The position numbers and the translations under genes are program-made. Under the pieces are notes generated by a model. That model searched no databases. It was not told where the DNA came from and saw only the letters and a list, made by a program, of their open reading frames with translations. From Eledone cirrhosa (taxonomy: Eukaryota): a DNA stretch of 64,000 bases. The stretch is from NCBI GenBank assembly GCA_964016885.1, contig OZ024743.1, positions 136,152,001 to 136,216,000 on the forward strand, written 5' to 3'. Below are positions 48,901 through 60,890 of this stretch, in pieces (positions within the stretch are counted from its first letter, which is position 1; each line of letters starts with the position of its first letter).

Positions 48901-51900
48901 TGCTGTTTCGTATTTGGTTTTTGCTGTTTGGTGTTTGGTGTTTGGTGTTTGGTGCTTTGTGCTTGGTGCTTGGTGTTTGGCATTTGGTGCTTGGTGCTTG
49001 GTGTTTGGTGCTTGGTGCTTGGTGTTTGGTGTTTGGTGCTTGGTGCCTGGTGCTTGTTGTATGCTGTTTGGTGCTTGGTGCTTGGTGTTTGGTGTTTGCT
49101 GCTTGGTGTCTGGTGTTTGGTGCTTGGTGTTTGGTGTTTGGTGCTTGGTGCTTGGTGCTTGGTATTTGGTGTTTGATGCTTGGTGCTTGGTGATTGTTGT
49201 TTGGTGCTGGGTGCTTGGAGTTTGGTGCTTGGTGCTTGGTGCTTAGTGCTTGGTGTTTGGTGTTTGGTGCTTGGTGTTGGGTGTTTGGTGTTTGATGCTT
49301 GGTGTGTGCTGCTTGGTGCTTGGTGCTTGGTGTTTTGTGTTTGGTGCTTGGTGCTTGGTGCCTGGTGCTTGGTGCTTGGTGCTTGTTGTTTGGTGCTTGG
49401 TGCTTGGTGATTAGTGTTTGGTGCTTGGTGCTTGGGGTTTGCTGTTTGGTGCTTGGTGCTTGGTGTTTGGTGCTTGGTGCTTGGTGTTTGGTGTTTGGTG
49501 CTTGGTGCTTGGTGTTTGGGTTTTGGTGCTTGGTGCTTGGTGTTTGGTGTTTGGTGCTTGGTGTTTGGTGCTTGGTGTTTTGTGTTTGGTGTTTGGTGCT
49601 TGGTGTATGTACTTGGTGCTTGGTTCTTGGTGTTTGGTGCTTGGTTCTTGGTGTTTGGTGATTGGTGCTTGGTGCTTGGTGTTTGGTGCTTGGTGCTTGG
49701 TGTTTGGTACTTGGTGCTTGGTGTTTGGTTTTTGATGCTTGGTGTTTGATGCTTGGTGTTTGGTGCTTGGTGTTAAGTGTTTGGGGCTTGGTGCTTGGTG
49801 CATGGTGCTTGGTGTTTGGTGCTTGGTGCCTGGTGCTTGGTGTTTGGTGCTTGGTGCTTGGTGCTTGGTGTTTGGTGCTTGGTATTTGGTGCTTGGTGCT
49901 TGGTGTTTGGTGCTTGGTGTTTGGTGCTTGGTGTTCGGTGCTTGGTGCTTGGTGTTTGGTGCTTGGTGTTAGGTGATTGGTGCTTGGTGCTTGGTGTTTG
50001 ATGTTTGATCCTTGGTGCTTGATGTTTGGTGCTTGGTGCTTGGTGTTTGGTGTTTGGTGCTTGCTGCTTGCTGCTTGGTGTTTGGTGCTTGGTGATTGGT
50101 GCTTGGTGTTGGGTACTTGGTGCTTGTTGTTTGGTGTTTGGTGCTAGGTGCTTGGTGCTTGGGGTTTGGTGCTTGGTGCTTGGTGTTTGGTGTTTGGTGC
50201 TTGGTGCTTGGGGCTTGGTGTTTGGTGCTTTGTGCTTGGTGCTTGTTGTTTGGTGCTTGGTGCTTGGTGCTTCGTGTTTGGTGTTTGGTGTTTGGTGCTT
50301 GGTGTTTGGTGCTTGGTGCTTGGTGCTGGGTGGTTGGTGTTTGGTGCTTGGTGCTTGGTGTTTGGTGCTTGGTGCTTGGTGCTTGTTGTTTGGTGCTTGG
50401 TGCTTGGTGCTTGGTCTTTGGTGCTTGGAGTTTGGTGGTTGGTGCTTGGTGCTTGGTGTTTGGTGTTTTGTGTTTGCTGTTTGGTGTTTGCTGTTTGGTG
50501 TCTGCTTTTTGGTGTTTGGTGTTTGCTGTATGGTGTTTGCTGTTTCGTATTTGGTTTTTGCTGTTTGGTGTTTGGTGTTTGGTGTTTGGTGTTTGGTGTT
50601 TGGTGTTTGGTGCTTTGTGCTTGGTGCTTGGTGTTTGGCATTTGGTGCTTGGTGCTTGGTGTTTGGTGCTTGGTGCTTGGTGTTTGGTGTTTGGTGCTTG
50701 GTGCCTGGTGCTTGTTGTATGCTGTTTGGTGCCTGGTGCTTGGTGTTTGGTGTTTGGTGTTTGGTGCTTGGTGTCTGGTGTTTGGTGTTTGTTGTTTGGT
50801 GCTTGCTGCTTGGTGTTTGGGTTTTGGTGCTTGGTGCTTGGTGTTTGGTGTTTGGTGCTTGGTGTTTGGTGCTTGGTGTTTGGTGCTGAGTGCTTGGTGT
50901 TTTGTGCTTGGTGCGTGGTGCTTGGTGTTTGGTGTTTGGTGCTTGGTGCTTGGTGTTTGGTGTTTGATGCTTGGTGTTTGATGCTTGTTGCTTGGTGCTT
51001 GGTGTTTTGTGTTTGGTGTTTGGTGCTTGGTGTATGTACTTGGTGCTTGGTTCTGGGTGTTTGGTGCTTGGTTCTTGGTGTTTGGTGATTGGTGCTTGGG
51101 GCTTGGTGTTTGGTGCTTGGTGCTTGGTGTTTGGTACTTGGTGCTTGGTGTTTGGTTTTTGATGCTTGGTGTTTGATGCTTGGTGCTTGGTGCTTGGTGT
51201 TAAGTGTTTGGGGCTTGGTGCTTGTTGCATGGTGCTTGGTGTTTGGTGCTTGGTGCCTGGTGCTTGGTGTTTGGTGCTTGGTGCTTGGTGCTTGGTGTTT
51301 GGTGCTTGGTATTTGGTGCTTGGTGCTTGGTGTTTGGTGCTTGGTGTTTGGTGCTTGGTGTTCGGTGCTTGGTGCTTGGTGTTTGGTGCTTGGTGTTAGG
51401 TGATTGGTGCTTAGTGCTTGGTGTTTTATGTTTGATCCTTGGTGCTTGGTGTTTGGTGCTTGGTGCTTGGTGTTTGGTGTTTGGTGCTTGGTGCCTGGTG
51501 CTTGTTGTATGCTGTTTGGTGCTTGGTGTTTGGTGTTTGCTGCTTGTTGTCTGGTGTTTGGTGCTTGGTGTTTGGTGTTTGGTGCTTGGTGCTTGGTGCT
51601 TGGTATTTGGTGTTTGGTGCTTGGTGCTTGATGTTTGTTGTTTGGTGCTGGGTGCTTGGAGTTTGGTTCTTGGTGCTTGGTGCTTAGTGCTTGGTGTTTG
51701 GTGTTTGGTGCTTGGTGTTGGGTGTTTGGTGTTTGATGCTTGGTGTGTGCTGCTTGGTGCTTGGTGCTTGCTGATTAGTGTTTGGTGCTTGGTGCTTGGG
51801 GTTTGCTGTTTGGTGCTTGGTGCTTGGTGATTGGTGTTTGGTGTTTGGTGCTTGGTGTCTGGTGTTTGGTGTTTGGTGTTTGGTGCTTGGTGCTTGGTGT

Positions 51901-52800
51901 TTGGGTTTTGGTGCTTGGTGCTTGGTGTTTGGTGTTTGGTGCTTGGTGTTTGGTGCTTGGTGTTTGGTGCTGAGTGCTTGGTGTTTTGTGCTTGGTGCGT
52001 GGTGCTTGGTGTTTGGTGTTTGGCGCTTGGTGCTTGGTGTCTGGTGTTTGATGCTTGGTGTTTGATGCTTGTTGCTTGGTGCTTGGTGTTTTGTGTTTGG
52101 TGTTTCGTGCTTGGTGTATGTACTTGTTGCTTGGTTCTTGGTGTTTGGTGCTTGGTTCTTGGTGTTTGGTGATTGGTGCTTGGTGCTTGGTGTTTGGTGC
52201 TTGGTGCTTGGTGTTTGGTACTTGGTGCTTGGTGTTTGGTTTTTGATGCTTGGTGTTTGATGCTTGGTGCTTGGTGCTTGGTGTTTAAGTGTTTGGGGCT
52301 TGGTGCTTGGTGCATGGTGCTTGGTGTTTGGTGCTTGGTGCCTGGTGCTTGGTGTTTGGTGCTTGGTGCTTGGTGCTTGGTGTTTGGTGCTTGGTATTTG
52401 GTGCTTGGTGCTTGGTGTTTGGTGCTTGGTGTTTGGTGCTTGGTGTTCGGTGCTTGGTGCTTGGTGTTTGGTGCTTGGTGTTAGGTGATTGGTGCTTGGT
52501 GCTTGGTGTTTGATGTTTGATCCTTGGTGCTTGGTGTTTGGTGCTTGGTGCTTGGTGTTTGGTGTTTGGTGCTTGTTGCTTGCTGCTTGGTGTTTGGTGC
52601 TTGGTGATTGGTGCTTGGTGTTGGGTACTTGGTGCTTGTTGTTTGGTGTTTGGTGCTAGGTGATTGGTGCTTGGTGCTTGGGGTTTGGTGCTTGGTGCTT
52701 GGTGTTTGGTGTTTGGTGCTTGGTGCTTGGGGCTTGGTGTTTGGTGCTTTGTGCTTGGTGCTTGGTGTTTGGTGCTTGGTGCTTGGTGCTTCGTGTTTGG
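31000..52800 (-). repeat. ~8.3 kb higher-order unit (~31.0-39.3 kb) repeated at ~44.7-52.8 kb, with an internally shortened 5.3 kb copy between them
   Basis: ORF offsets of 8259 (32594/40853, 33298/41557, 34495/42754), 13593 (34495/48088, 35055/48648), 13536 (37435/50971) and 13501 (38554/52055). Confidence 0.88.
37905..48590 (-). repeat. Near-identical tandem pair with period 5334 bp (762 x 7)
   Basis: Constant offset of 5334 across ORF pairs 38155/43489, 39107/44441, 40279/45613, 41557/46891 and 42999/48333. ATGTAC marker at 38617 and 43951. Confidence 0.96.
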
Positions 52801-55800
52801 TGTTTGGTGTTTGGTGCTTGGTGTTTGGTGCTTGGTGCTTGGTGCTGGGTGGTTGGTGTTTGGTGCTTGGTGCTTGGTGTTTGGTGCTTGGTGGTTGGTG
52901 CTTGGGGTTTGGTGCTTGGTGCTTGGTGCTTGGTGCTTGGTCTTTGGTGCTTGGTGTTTGGTGTTTGGTGCTTGGTGCTTGGTGTTTGATGCTTGGTGCT
53001 TGGTGATTGGTGTTTGGTGCTTGGTGCTTGGTGCTTGGTGATTAGTGTTTGGTGCTTGGTGCTTGGTGCCTGGTGCTTGGTGCTTGGTGCTTGTTGTTTG
53101 ATGCTTGGTGCTTGGTGATTAGTGTTTGGTGCTTGGTGCTTGGGGTTTGGTGTTTGGTGCTTGGGGTTTGGTGTTTGGTGCTTGGTGCTTGGTGTTTGCT
53201 GCTTGGTGCTTGGTGTTTGGTGCTTGGTGCTTTGTGTTTGATGCTTGGTGTTTGGTGCTTGGTGCTTGATGCTTGGTGCTTGGTGTTAGGTGTTTGGTGC
53301 TTGGTCCTTGGTGTTTGATGTTTGGTCCTTGGTGCTTGGTGTTTGGTGTTTGGTGCTTGGTGCTAGGTGTTTTGTGTGTGGTGCTTGCTGCTTGGTGCTT
53401 GGTGTTTTGTGTTAGGAGTTTGGTGCTTGATGTTTGGTGCTTCTGTCTTGGTGCTTGGTGTTTGGTGTTTGGTGTTTGGTGTATGGTGCTTGGTGCTTGG
53501 TGTTTGGTGCTTCGTGCTTGGTGCTTGGTGTTTGGTGCATGGTGCTTGGTGTTTGGGGCTTGGTGCCTGGTGCTTTGTGTTTGGTGCTAGGTGCTTGGTG
53601 CTTGGTGTTAGGCGTTTGGTGCTTGGTGCTTGGTGTTTGATGTTTGGTCCTTGGTGCTTGGTGTTTGGTATTTGGTGCTTGGTGCTTGGTGTTTGGTGTT
53701 TGGTGCTTGCTGCTTGCTGCTTGTTGTTTGGTGCTTGGTGATTGGTGCTTGGTGTTTTGTGCTTGGTGCTTGGTGTTTGGTGTTTGGTGCTAGGGGCTTG
53801 GTGCTTGGTGCTTGGTGTTTGGTGCTTGGTGCTTGGTGTTTGGTGTTTGGTGCTTGGTGCGTGGGACTTGGTGTTTGGTGCTTGGTGTTTGGTGCTTTGT
53901 GTTTGGTGCTTGGTTCTTGGTGCTTGGTGGTTGGTGTTTGGTGCTTGGTATTTGGTGATTGGTGCTTGGTGCTTGGTGTTTGGTGCTTGGTGCTTGGTGT
54001 TTGGTACTTGGTGCTTGGTGTTTGGTCTTTGGTGCTTGGTGTTTGGTGCTTGGTGCTTGGTGCTTGGTGCTTGGTCTTAAGTGTTTGGGGCTTGGTGCTT
54101 GGTGCATGGTGCTTGGTGTTTGGTGCTTGGTGCCTGGTGCTTGGTGTTTGTTGCTTGGTGCTTGGTGCTTTGTGTTTGGTGCTTGGTATTTGGTGCTTGG
54201 TGCTTGGTGTTTGGTGCTTGGTGTTTGGTGCTTGGTGTTCGGTGCTTGGTGCTTGGTGTTTGGCATTTGGTGCTTGGTGCTTGGTGTTTGGTGCTTGGTG
54301 CTTGGTGTTTGGTGTTTGGTGCTTGGTGCCTGGTGCTTGTTGTATGCTGTTTGGTGCTTGGTGCTTGGTGTTTGGTGTTTGCTGCTTGGTGTCTGGTGTT
54401 TGGTGCTTGGTGTTTGGTGTTTGGTGCTTGGTGCTTGGTGCTTGGTATTTGGTGTTTGGTGCTTGGTGCTTGGTGATTGTTGTTTGGTGCTGGGTGCTTG
54501 GAGTTTGGTGCTTGGTGCTTGGTGCTTAGTGCTTGGTGTTTGGTGTTTGGTGCTTGGTGTTGGGTGTTTGGTGTTTGATGCTTGGTGTGTGCTGCTTGGT
54601 GCTTGGTGCTTGGTGTTTTGTGTTTGGTGCTTGGTGCTTGGTGCCTGGTGCTTGGTGCTTGGTGCTTGTTGTTTGGTGCTTGGTGCTTGGTGATTAGTGT
54701 TTGGTGCTTGGTGCTTGGGGTTTGCTGTTTGGTGCTTGGTGCTTGGTGTTTGGTGCTTGGTGCTTGGTGTTTGGTGTTTGGTGCTTGGTGCTTGGTGTTT
54801 GGGTTTTGGTGCTTGGTGCTTGGTGTTTGGTGTTTGGTGCTTGGTGTTTGGTGCTTGGTGTTTGGTGCTGAGTGCTTGGTGTTTGGTGTTTGACGCTTGG
54901 TGTTTGATGCTTGTTGCTTGGTGCTTGGTGTTTTGTGTTTGGTGTTTGGTGCTTGGTGTATGTACTTGGTGCTTGGTTCTTGGTGTTTGGTGCTTGTTTC
55001 TTGGTGTTTGGTGATTGGTGCTTGGTGCTTGGTGTTTGGTGCTTGGTGCTTGGTGTTTGGTACTTGGTGCTTGGTGTTTGGTTTTTGATGCTTGGTGTTT
55101 GATGCTTGGTGCTTGGTGCTTGGTGTTAAGTGTTTGGGGCTTGGTGCTTGGTGCATGGTGCTTGGTGTTTGGTACTTGGTGCCTGGTGCTTGGTGTTTGG
55201 TGCTTGGTGCTTGGTGCTTGGTGTTTGGTGCTTGGTATTTGGTGCTTGGTGCTTGGTGTTTGGTGCTTGGTGTTTGGTGCTTGGTGTTCGGTGCTTGGTG
55301 CTTGGTGTTTGGTGCTTGGTGTTAGGTGATTGGTGCTTGGTGCTTGGTGTTTGATGTTTGATCCTTGGTGCTTGGTGTTTGGTGCTTGGTGCTTGGTGTT
55401 TGGTGTTTGGTGCTTGCTGCTTGCTGCTTGGTGTTTGGTGCTTGGTGATTGGTGCTTGGTGTTGGGTACTTGGTGCTTGTTGTTTGGTGTTTGGTGCTAG
55501 GTGCTTGGTGCTTGGTGCTTGGGGTTTGGTGCTTGGTGCTTGGTGTTTGGTGTTTGGTGCTTGGTGTTTGATGCTTGGTGCTTGGTGCTTGGTGTTAAGT
55601 GTTTGGGGCTTGGTGCTTGTTGCATGGTGCTTGGTGTTTGGTGCTTGGTGTCTGGTGCTTGGTGTTTGGTGCTTGGTGCTTGGTGCTTGGTGTTTGGTGC
55701 TTGGTATTTGGTGCTTGGTGCTTGGTGTTTGGTGCTTGGTGTTTGGTGCTTGGTGTTCGGTGCTTGGTGCTTGGTGTTTGGTGCTTGGTGTTAGGTGATT

Positions 55801-58800
55801 GGTGCTTGGTGCTTGGTGTTTTATGTTTGATCCTTGGTGCTTGGTGTTTGGTGCTTGGTGCTTGGTGTTTGGTGCTTGGTATTTGGTGCTTGCTGCTTGC
55901 TGCTTGGTGTTTGGTGCTTGGTGATTGGTGCTTGGTGTTGGGTACTTGGTGCTTGTTGTTTGGTGTTTGGTGCTAGGTGCTTGGTGCTTGGTGCTTGGGG
56001 TTTGGTGCTTGGTGCTTGGTGTTTGGTGTTTGGTGCTTGGTGCTTGGGGCTTGGTGTTTGGTGCTTTGTGCTTGGTGCTTGTTGTTTGGTGCTTGGTGCT
56101 TGGTGCTTCGTGTTTGGTGTTTGGTGTTTGGTGCTTGGTGTTTGGTGCTTGGTGCTTGGTGCTGGGTGGTTGGTGTTTGGTGCTTGGTGCTTGGTGTTTG
56201 GTGCTTGGTGCTTGGTGCTTGTTGTTTGGTGCTTGTTGCTTGGTGCTTGGTCTTTGGTGCTTGGAGTTTGGTGGTTGGTGCTTGGTGCTTGGTGTTTGGT
56301 GTTTGGTGTTTGCTGTTTGGTGTTTGCTGTTTGGTGTCTGCTTTTTGGTGTTTGGTGTTTGCTGTATGGTGTTTGCTGTTTCGTATTTGGTTTTTGCTGT
56401 TTGGTGTTTGGTGTTTGCTGTTTGGTGTTTGGTGTTTGGTGTTTGGTGCTTTGTGCTTGGTGCTTGGTGTTTGGCATTTGGTGCTTGGTGCTTGGTGCTT
56501 GGTGTTTGGTGTTTGGTGCTTGGTGCCTGGTGCTTGTTGTATGCTGTTTGGTGCCTGGTGCTTGGTGTTTGGTGTTTGGTGTTTGGTGCTTGGTGTCTGG
56601 TGTTTGGTGTTTGGTGTTTGGTGCTTGCTGCTTGGTGTTTGGGTTTTGGTGCTTGGTGCTTGGTGTTTGGTGTTTGGTGCTTGGTGTTTGGTGCTTGGTG
56701 TTTGGTGCTGAGTGCTTGGTGTTTTGTGCTTGGTGCGTGGTGCTTGGTGTTTGGTGTTTGGTGCTTGGTGCTTGGTGTTTGGTGTTTGATGCTTGGTGTT
56801 TGATGCTTGTTGCTTGGTGCTTGGTGTTTTGTGTTTGGTGTTTGGTGCTTGGTGTATGTACTTGGTGCTTGGTTCTTGGTGTTTGGTGCTTGGTTCTTGG
56901 TGTTTGGTGATTGGTGCTTGGGGCTTGGTGTTTGGTGCTTGGTGCTTGGTGTTTGGTACTTGGTGCTTGGTGTTTGGTTTTTGATGCTTGGTGTTTGATG
57001 CTTGGTGCTTGGTGCTTGGTGTTAAGTGTTTGGGGCTTGGTGCTTGTTGCATGGTGCTTGGTGTTTGGTGCTTGGTGCCTGGTGCTTGGTGTTTGGTGCT
57101 TGGTTCTTGGTGCTTGGTGTTTGGTGCTTGGTATTTGGTGCTTGGTGCTTGGTGTTTGGTGCTTGGTGTTTGGTGCTTGGTGTTCGGTGCTTGGTGCTTG
57201 GTGTTTGGTGCTTGGTGTTAGGTGATTGGTGCTTGGTGCTTGGTGTTTTATGTTTGATCCTTGGTGCTTGGTGTTTGGTGCTTGGTGCTTGGTGTTTGGT
57301 GTTTGGTGCTTGGTGCCTGGTGCTTGTTGTATGCTGTTTGGTGCTTGGTGCTTGGTGTTTGGTGTTTGCTGCTTGTTGTCTGGTGTTTGGTGCTTGGTGT
57401 TTGGTGTTTGGTGCTTGGTGCTTGGTGCTTGGTATTTGGTGTTTGGTGCTTGGTGCTTGGTGTTTGTTGTTTGGTGCTGGGTGCTTGGAGTTTGGTTCTT
57501 GGTGCTTGGTGCTTAGTGCTTGGTGTTTGGTGTTTGGTGCTTGGTGTTGGGTGTTTGGTGTTTGATGCTTGGTGTGTGCTGCTTGGTGCTTGGTGCTTGG
57601 TGTTTTTTGTTTGGTGCTTGGTGCTTGGTGCCTGGTGCTTGGTGCTTGGTGCTTGTTGTTTGGTGCTTGGTGCTTGGTGATTAGTGTTTGGTGCTTGGTG
57701 CTTGGGGTTTGCTGTTTGGTGCTTGGTGCTTGGTGTTTGGTGTTTGGTGTTTGGTGCTTGGTGTCTGGTGTTTGGTGTTTGGTGTTTGGTGCTTGGTGCT
57801 TGGTGTTTGGGTTTTGGTGCTTGGTGCTTGGTGTTTGGTGTTTGGTGCTTGGTGTTTGGTGCTTGGTGTTTGGTGCTGAGTGCTTGGTGTTTTGTGCTTG
57901 GTGCGTGGTGCTTGGTGTTTGGTGTTTGGTGTTTCGTGCTTGGTGTATGTACTTGTTGCTTGGTTCTTGGTGTTTGGTGCTTGGTTCTTGGTGTTTGGTG
58001 ATTGGTGCTTGGTGCTTGGTGTTTGGTGCTTGGTGCTTGGTATTTGGTACTTGGTGCTTGGTGTTTGGTTTTTGATGCTTGGTGTTTGATGCTTGGTGCT
58101 TGGTGCTTGGTGCTTGGTGCCTGGTGCTTGGTGTTTGGTGCTTGGTGATTGGTGCTTGGTGTTTGGTGCTTGGTGTTTGGTGCTTGGTGCCTGGTGCTTG
58201 GTGTTTGGTGCTTGGTGATTGGTGCTTGGTGTTTGGTGCTTGGTATTTGGTGCTTGGTGCTTGGTGTTTGGTGCTTGGTGTTTGGTGCTTGGTGTTCGGT
58301 GCTTGGTGCTTGGTGTTTGGTGCTTGGTGTTAGGTGATTGGTGCTTGGTGCTTGGTGTTTGATGTTTGATCCTTGGTGCTTGGTGTTTGGTGCTTGGTGC
58401 TTGGTGTTTGGTGTTTGGTGCTTGTTGCTTGCTGCTTGGTGGTTGGTGCTTGGTGATTGGTGCTTGGTGTTGGGTACTTGGTGCTTGTTGTTTGGTGTTT
58501 GGTGCTAGGTGCTTGGTGCTTGGTGCTTGGGGTTTGGTGCTTGGTGCTTGGTGTTTGGTGTTTGGTGCTTGGTGCTTGGGGCTTGGTGTTTGGTGCTTTG
58601 TGCTTGGTGTTGTGTACTTGGTGCTTGTTGTTTGGTGTTTGGTGCTAGGTGCTTGGTGCTTGGTGCTTGGTGCTTGGTGCTTGGTGCTTCGTGTTTGGTG
58701 TTTGGTGTTTGGTGCTTGGTGTCTGGTGCTTGGTGCTTGGTGCTGGGTGGTTGGTGTTTGGTGCTTGGTGCTTGGTGTTTGGTGCTTGGTGGTTGGTGCT

Positions 58801-60890
58801 TGGGGTTTGGTGCTTGGTGCTTGGTGCTTGGTGCTTGGTCTTTGGTGCTTGGTGTTTGGTGTTTGGTGCTTGGTGCTTGGTGTTTGATGCTTGGTGCTTG
58901 GTGATTGGTGTTTGGTGCTTGGTGCTTGGTGCTTGGTGATTAGTGTTTGGTGCTTGGTGCTTGGTGCCTGGTGCTTGGTGCTTGGTGCTTGTTGTTTGAT
59001 GCTTGGTGCTTGGTGATTAGTGTTTGGTGCTTGGTGCTTGGGGTTTGGTGTTTGGTGCTTGGGGTTTGGTGTTTGGTGCTTGGTGCTTGGTGTTTGCTGC
59101 TTGGTGCTTGGTGTTTGGTGCTTGGTGGTTTGTGTTTGATGCTTGGTGTTTGGTGCTTGGTGCTTGATGCTTGGTGCTTGGTGTTAGGTGTTTGGTGCTT
59201 GGTCCTTGGTGTTTGATGTTTGGTCCTTGGTGCTTGGTGTTTGGTGTTTGGTGCTTGGTGCTAGGTGTTTTGTGTGTGGTGCTTGCTGCTTGGTGCTTGG
59301 TGTTTTGTGTTAGGAGTTTGGTGCTTGATGTTTGGTGCTTCTGTCTTGGTGCTTGGTGTTTGGTGTTTGGTGTTTGGTGTATGGTGCTTGGTGCTTGGTG
59401 TTTGGTGCTTCGTGCTTGGTGCTTGGTGTTTGGTGCATGGTGCTTGGTGTTTGGGGCTTGGTGCCTGGTGCTTTGTGTTTGGTGCTAGGTGCTTGGTGCT
59501 TGGTGTTAGGCGTTTGGTGCTTGATGCTTGGTGTTTGATGTTTGGTCCTTGGTGCTTGGTGTTTGGTATTTGGTGCTTGGTGCTTGGTGTTTGGTGTTTG
59601 GTGCTTGCTGCTTGCTGCTTGGTGTTTGGTGCTTGGTGATTGGTGCTTGGTGCTTTGTGCTTGGTGCTTGGTGTTTGGTGTTTGGTGCTAGGGGCTTGGT
59701 GCTTGGTGCTTGGTGTTTGGTGCTTGGTGCTTGGTGTTTGGTGTTTGGTGCTTGGTGCGTGGGACTTGGTGTTTGGTGCTTGGTGTTTGGTGCTTGGTGT
59801 TTGGTGCTTGGTGCTTGGTGCTTGGTGTTTGGTGTTTGGTGCTTGGTATTTGGTGATTGGTGCTTGGTGCTTGGTGTTTGGTGCTTGGTGCTTGGTGTTT
59901 GGTACTTGGTGCTTGGTGTTTGGTCTTTGGTGCTTGGTGTTTGGTGCTTGGTGCTTGGTGCTTGGTGCTTGGTCTTAAGTGTTTGGGGCTTGGTGCTTGG
60001 TGCATGGTGCTTGGTGTTTGGTGCTTGGTGCCTGGTGCTTGGTGTTTGTTGCTTGGTGCTTGGTGCTTTGTGTTTGGTGCTTGGTATTTGGTGCTTGGTG
60101 CTTGGTGTTTGGTGCTTGGTGTTTGGTGCTTGGTGTTCGGTGCTTGGTGCTTGGTGTTTGGCATTTGGTGCTTGGTGCTTGGTGTTTGGTGCTTGGTGCT
60201 TGGTGTTTGGTGTTTGGTGCTTGGTGCCTGGTGCTTGTTGTATGCTGTTTGGTGCTTGGTGCTTGGTGTTTGGTGTTTGCTGCTTGGTGTCTGGTGTTTG
60301 GTGCTTGGTGTTTGGTGTTTGGTGCTTGGTGCTTGGTGCTTGGTATTTGGTGTTTGGTGCTTGGTGCTTGGTGATTGTTGTTTGGTGCTGGGTGCTTGGA
60401 GTTTGGTGCTTGGTGCTTGGTGCTTAGTGCTTGGTGTTTGGTGTTTGGTGCTTGGTGTTGGGTGTTTGGTGTTTGATGCTTGGTGTGTGCTGCTTGGTGC
60501 TTGGTGCTTGGTGTTTTGTGTTTGGTGCTTGGTGCTTGGTGCCTGGTGCTTGGTGCTTGGTGCTTGTTGTTTGGTGCTTGGTGCTTGGTGATTAGTGTTT
60601 GGTGCTTGGTGCTTGGGGTTTGCTGTTTGGTGCTTGGTGCTTGGTGTTTGGTGCTTCGTGCTTGGTGTTGGGTGTTTGGTGCTTGGTGCTTGGTGTTTGG
60701 GTTTTGGTGCTTGGTGCTTGGTGTTTGGTGTTTGGTGCTTGGTGTTTGGTGCTTGGTGTTTGGTGCTGAGTGCTTGGTGTTTGGTGTTTGACGCTTGGTG
60801 TTTGATGCTTGTTGCTTGGTGCTTGGTGTTTTGTGTTTGGTGTTTGGTGCTTGGTGTATGTACTTGGTGCTTGGTTCTTGGTGTTTGGTG
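52780..60890 (-). repeat. Higher-order repeat, offset 5898 bp (~52780-54990 matches ~58680-60890)
   Basis: ORF pairs 53049/58947, 53273/59171, 53630/59528 and 54582/60480. Shared rare variants include TGTGTGTGGTGC, TGTTAGGAG and GGTCTTAAGTG. Confidence 0.93.
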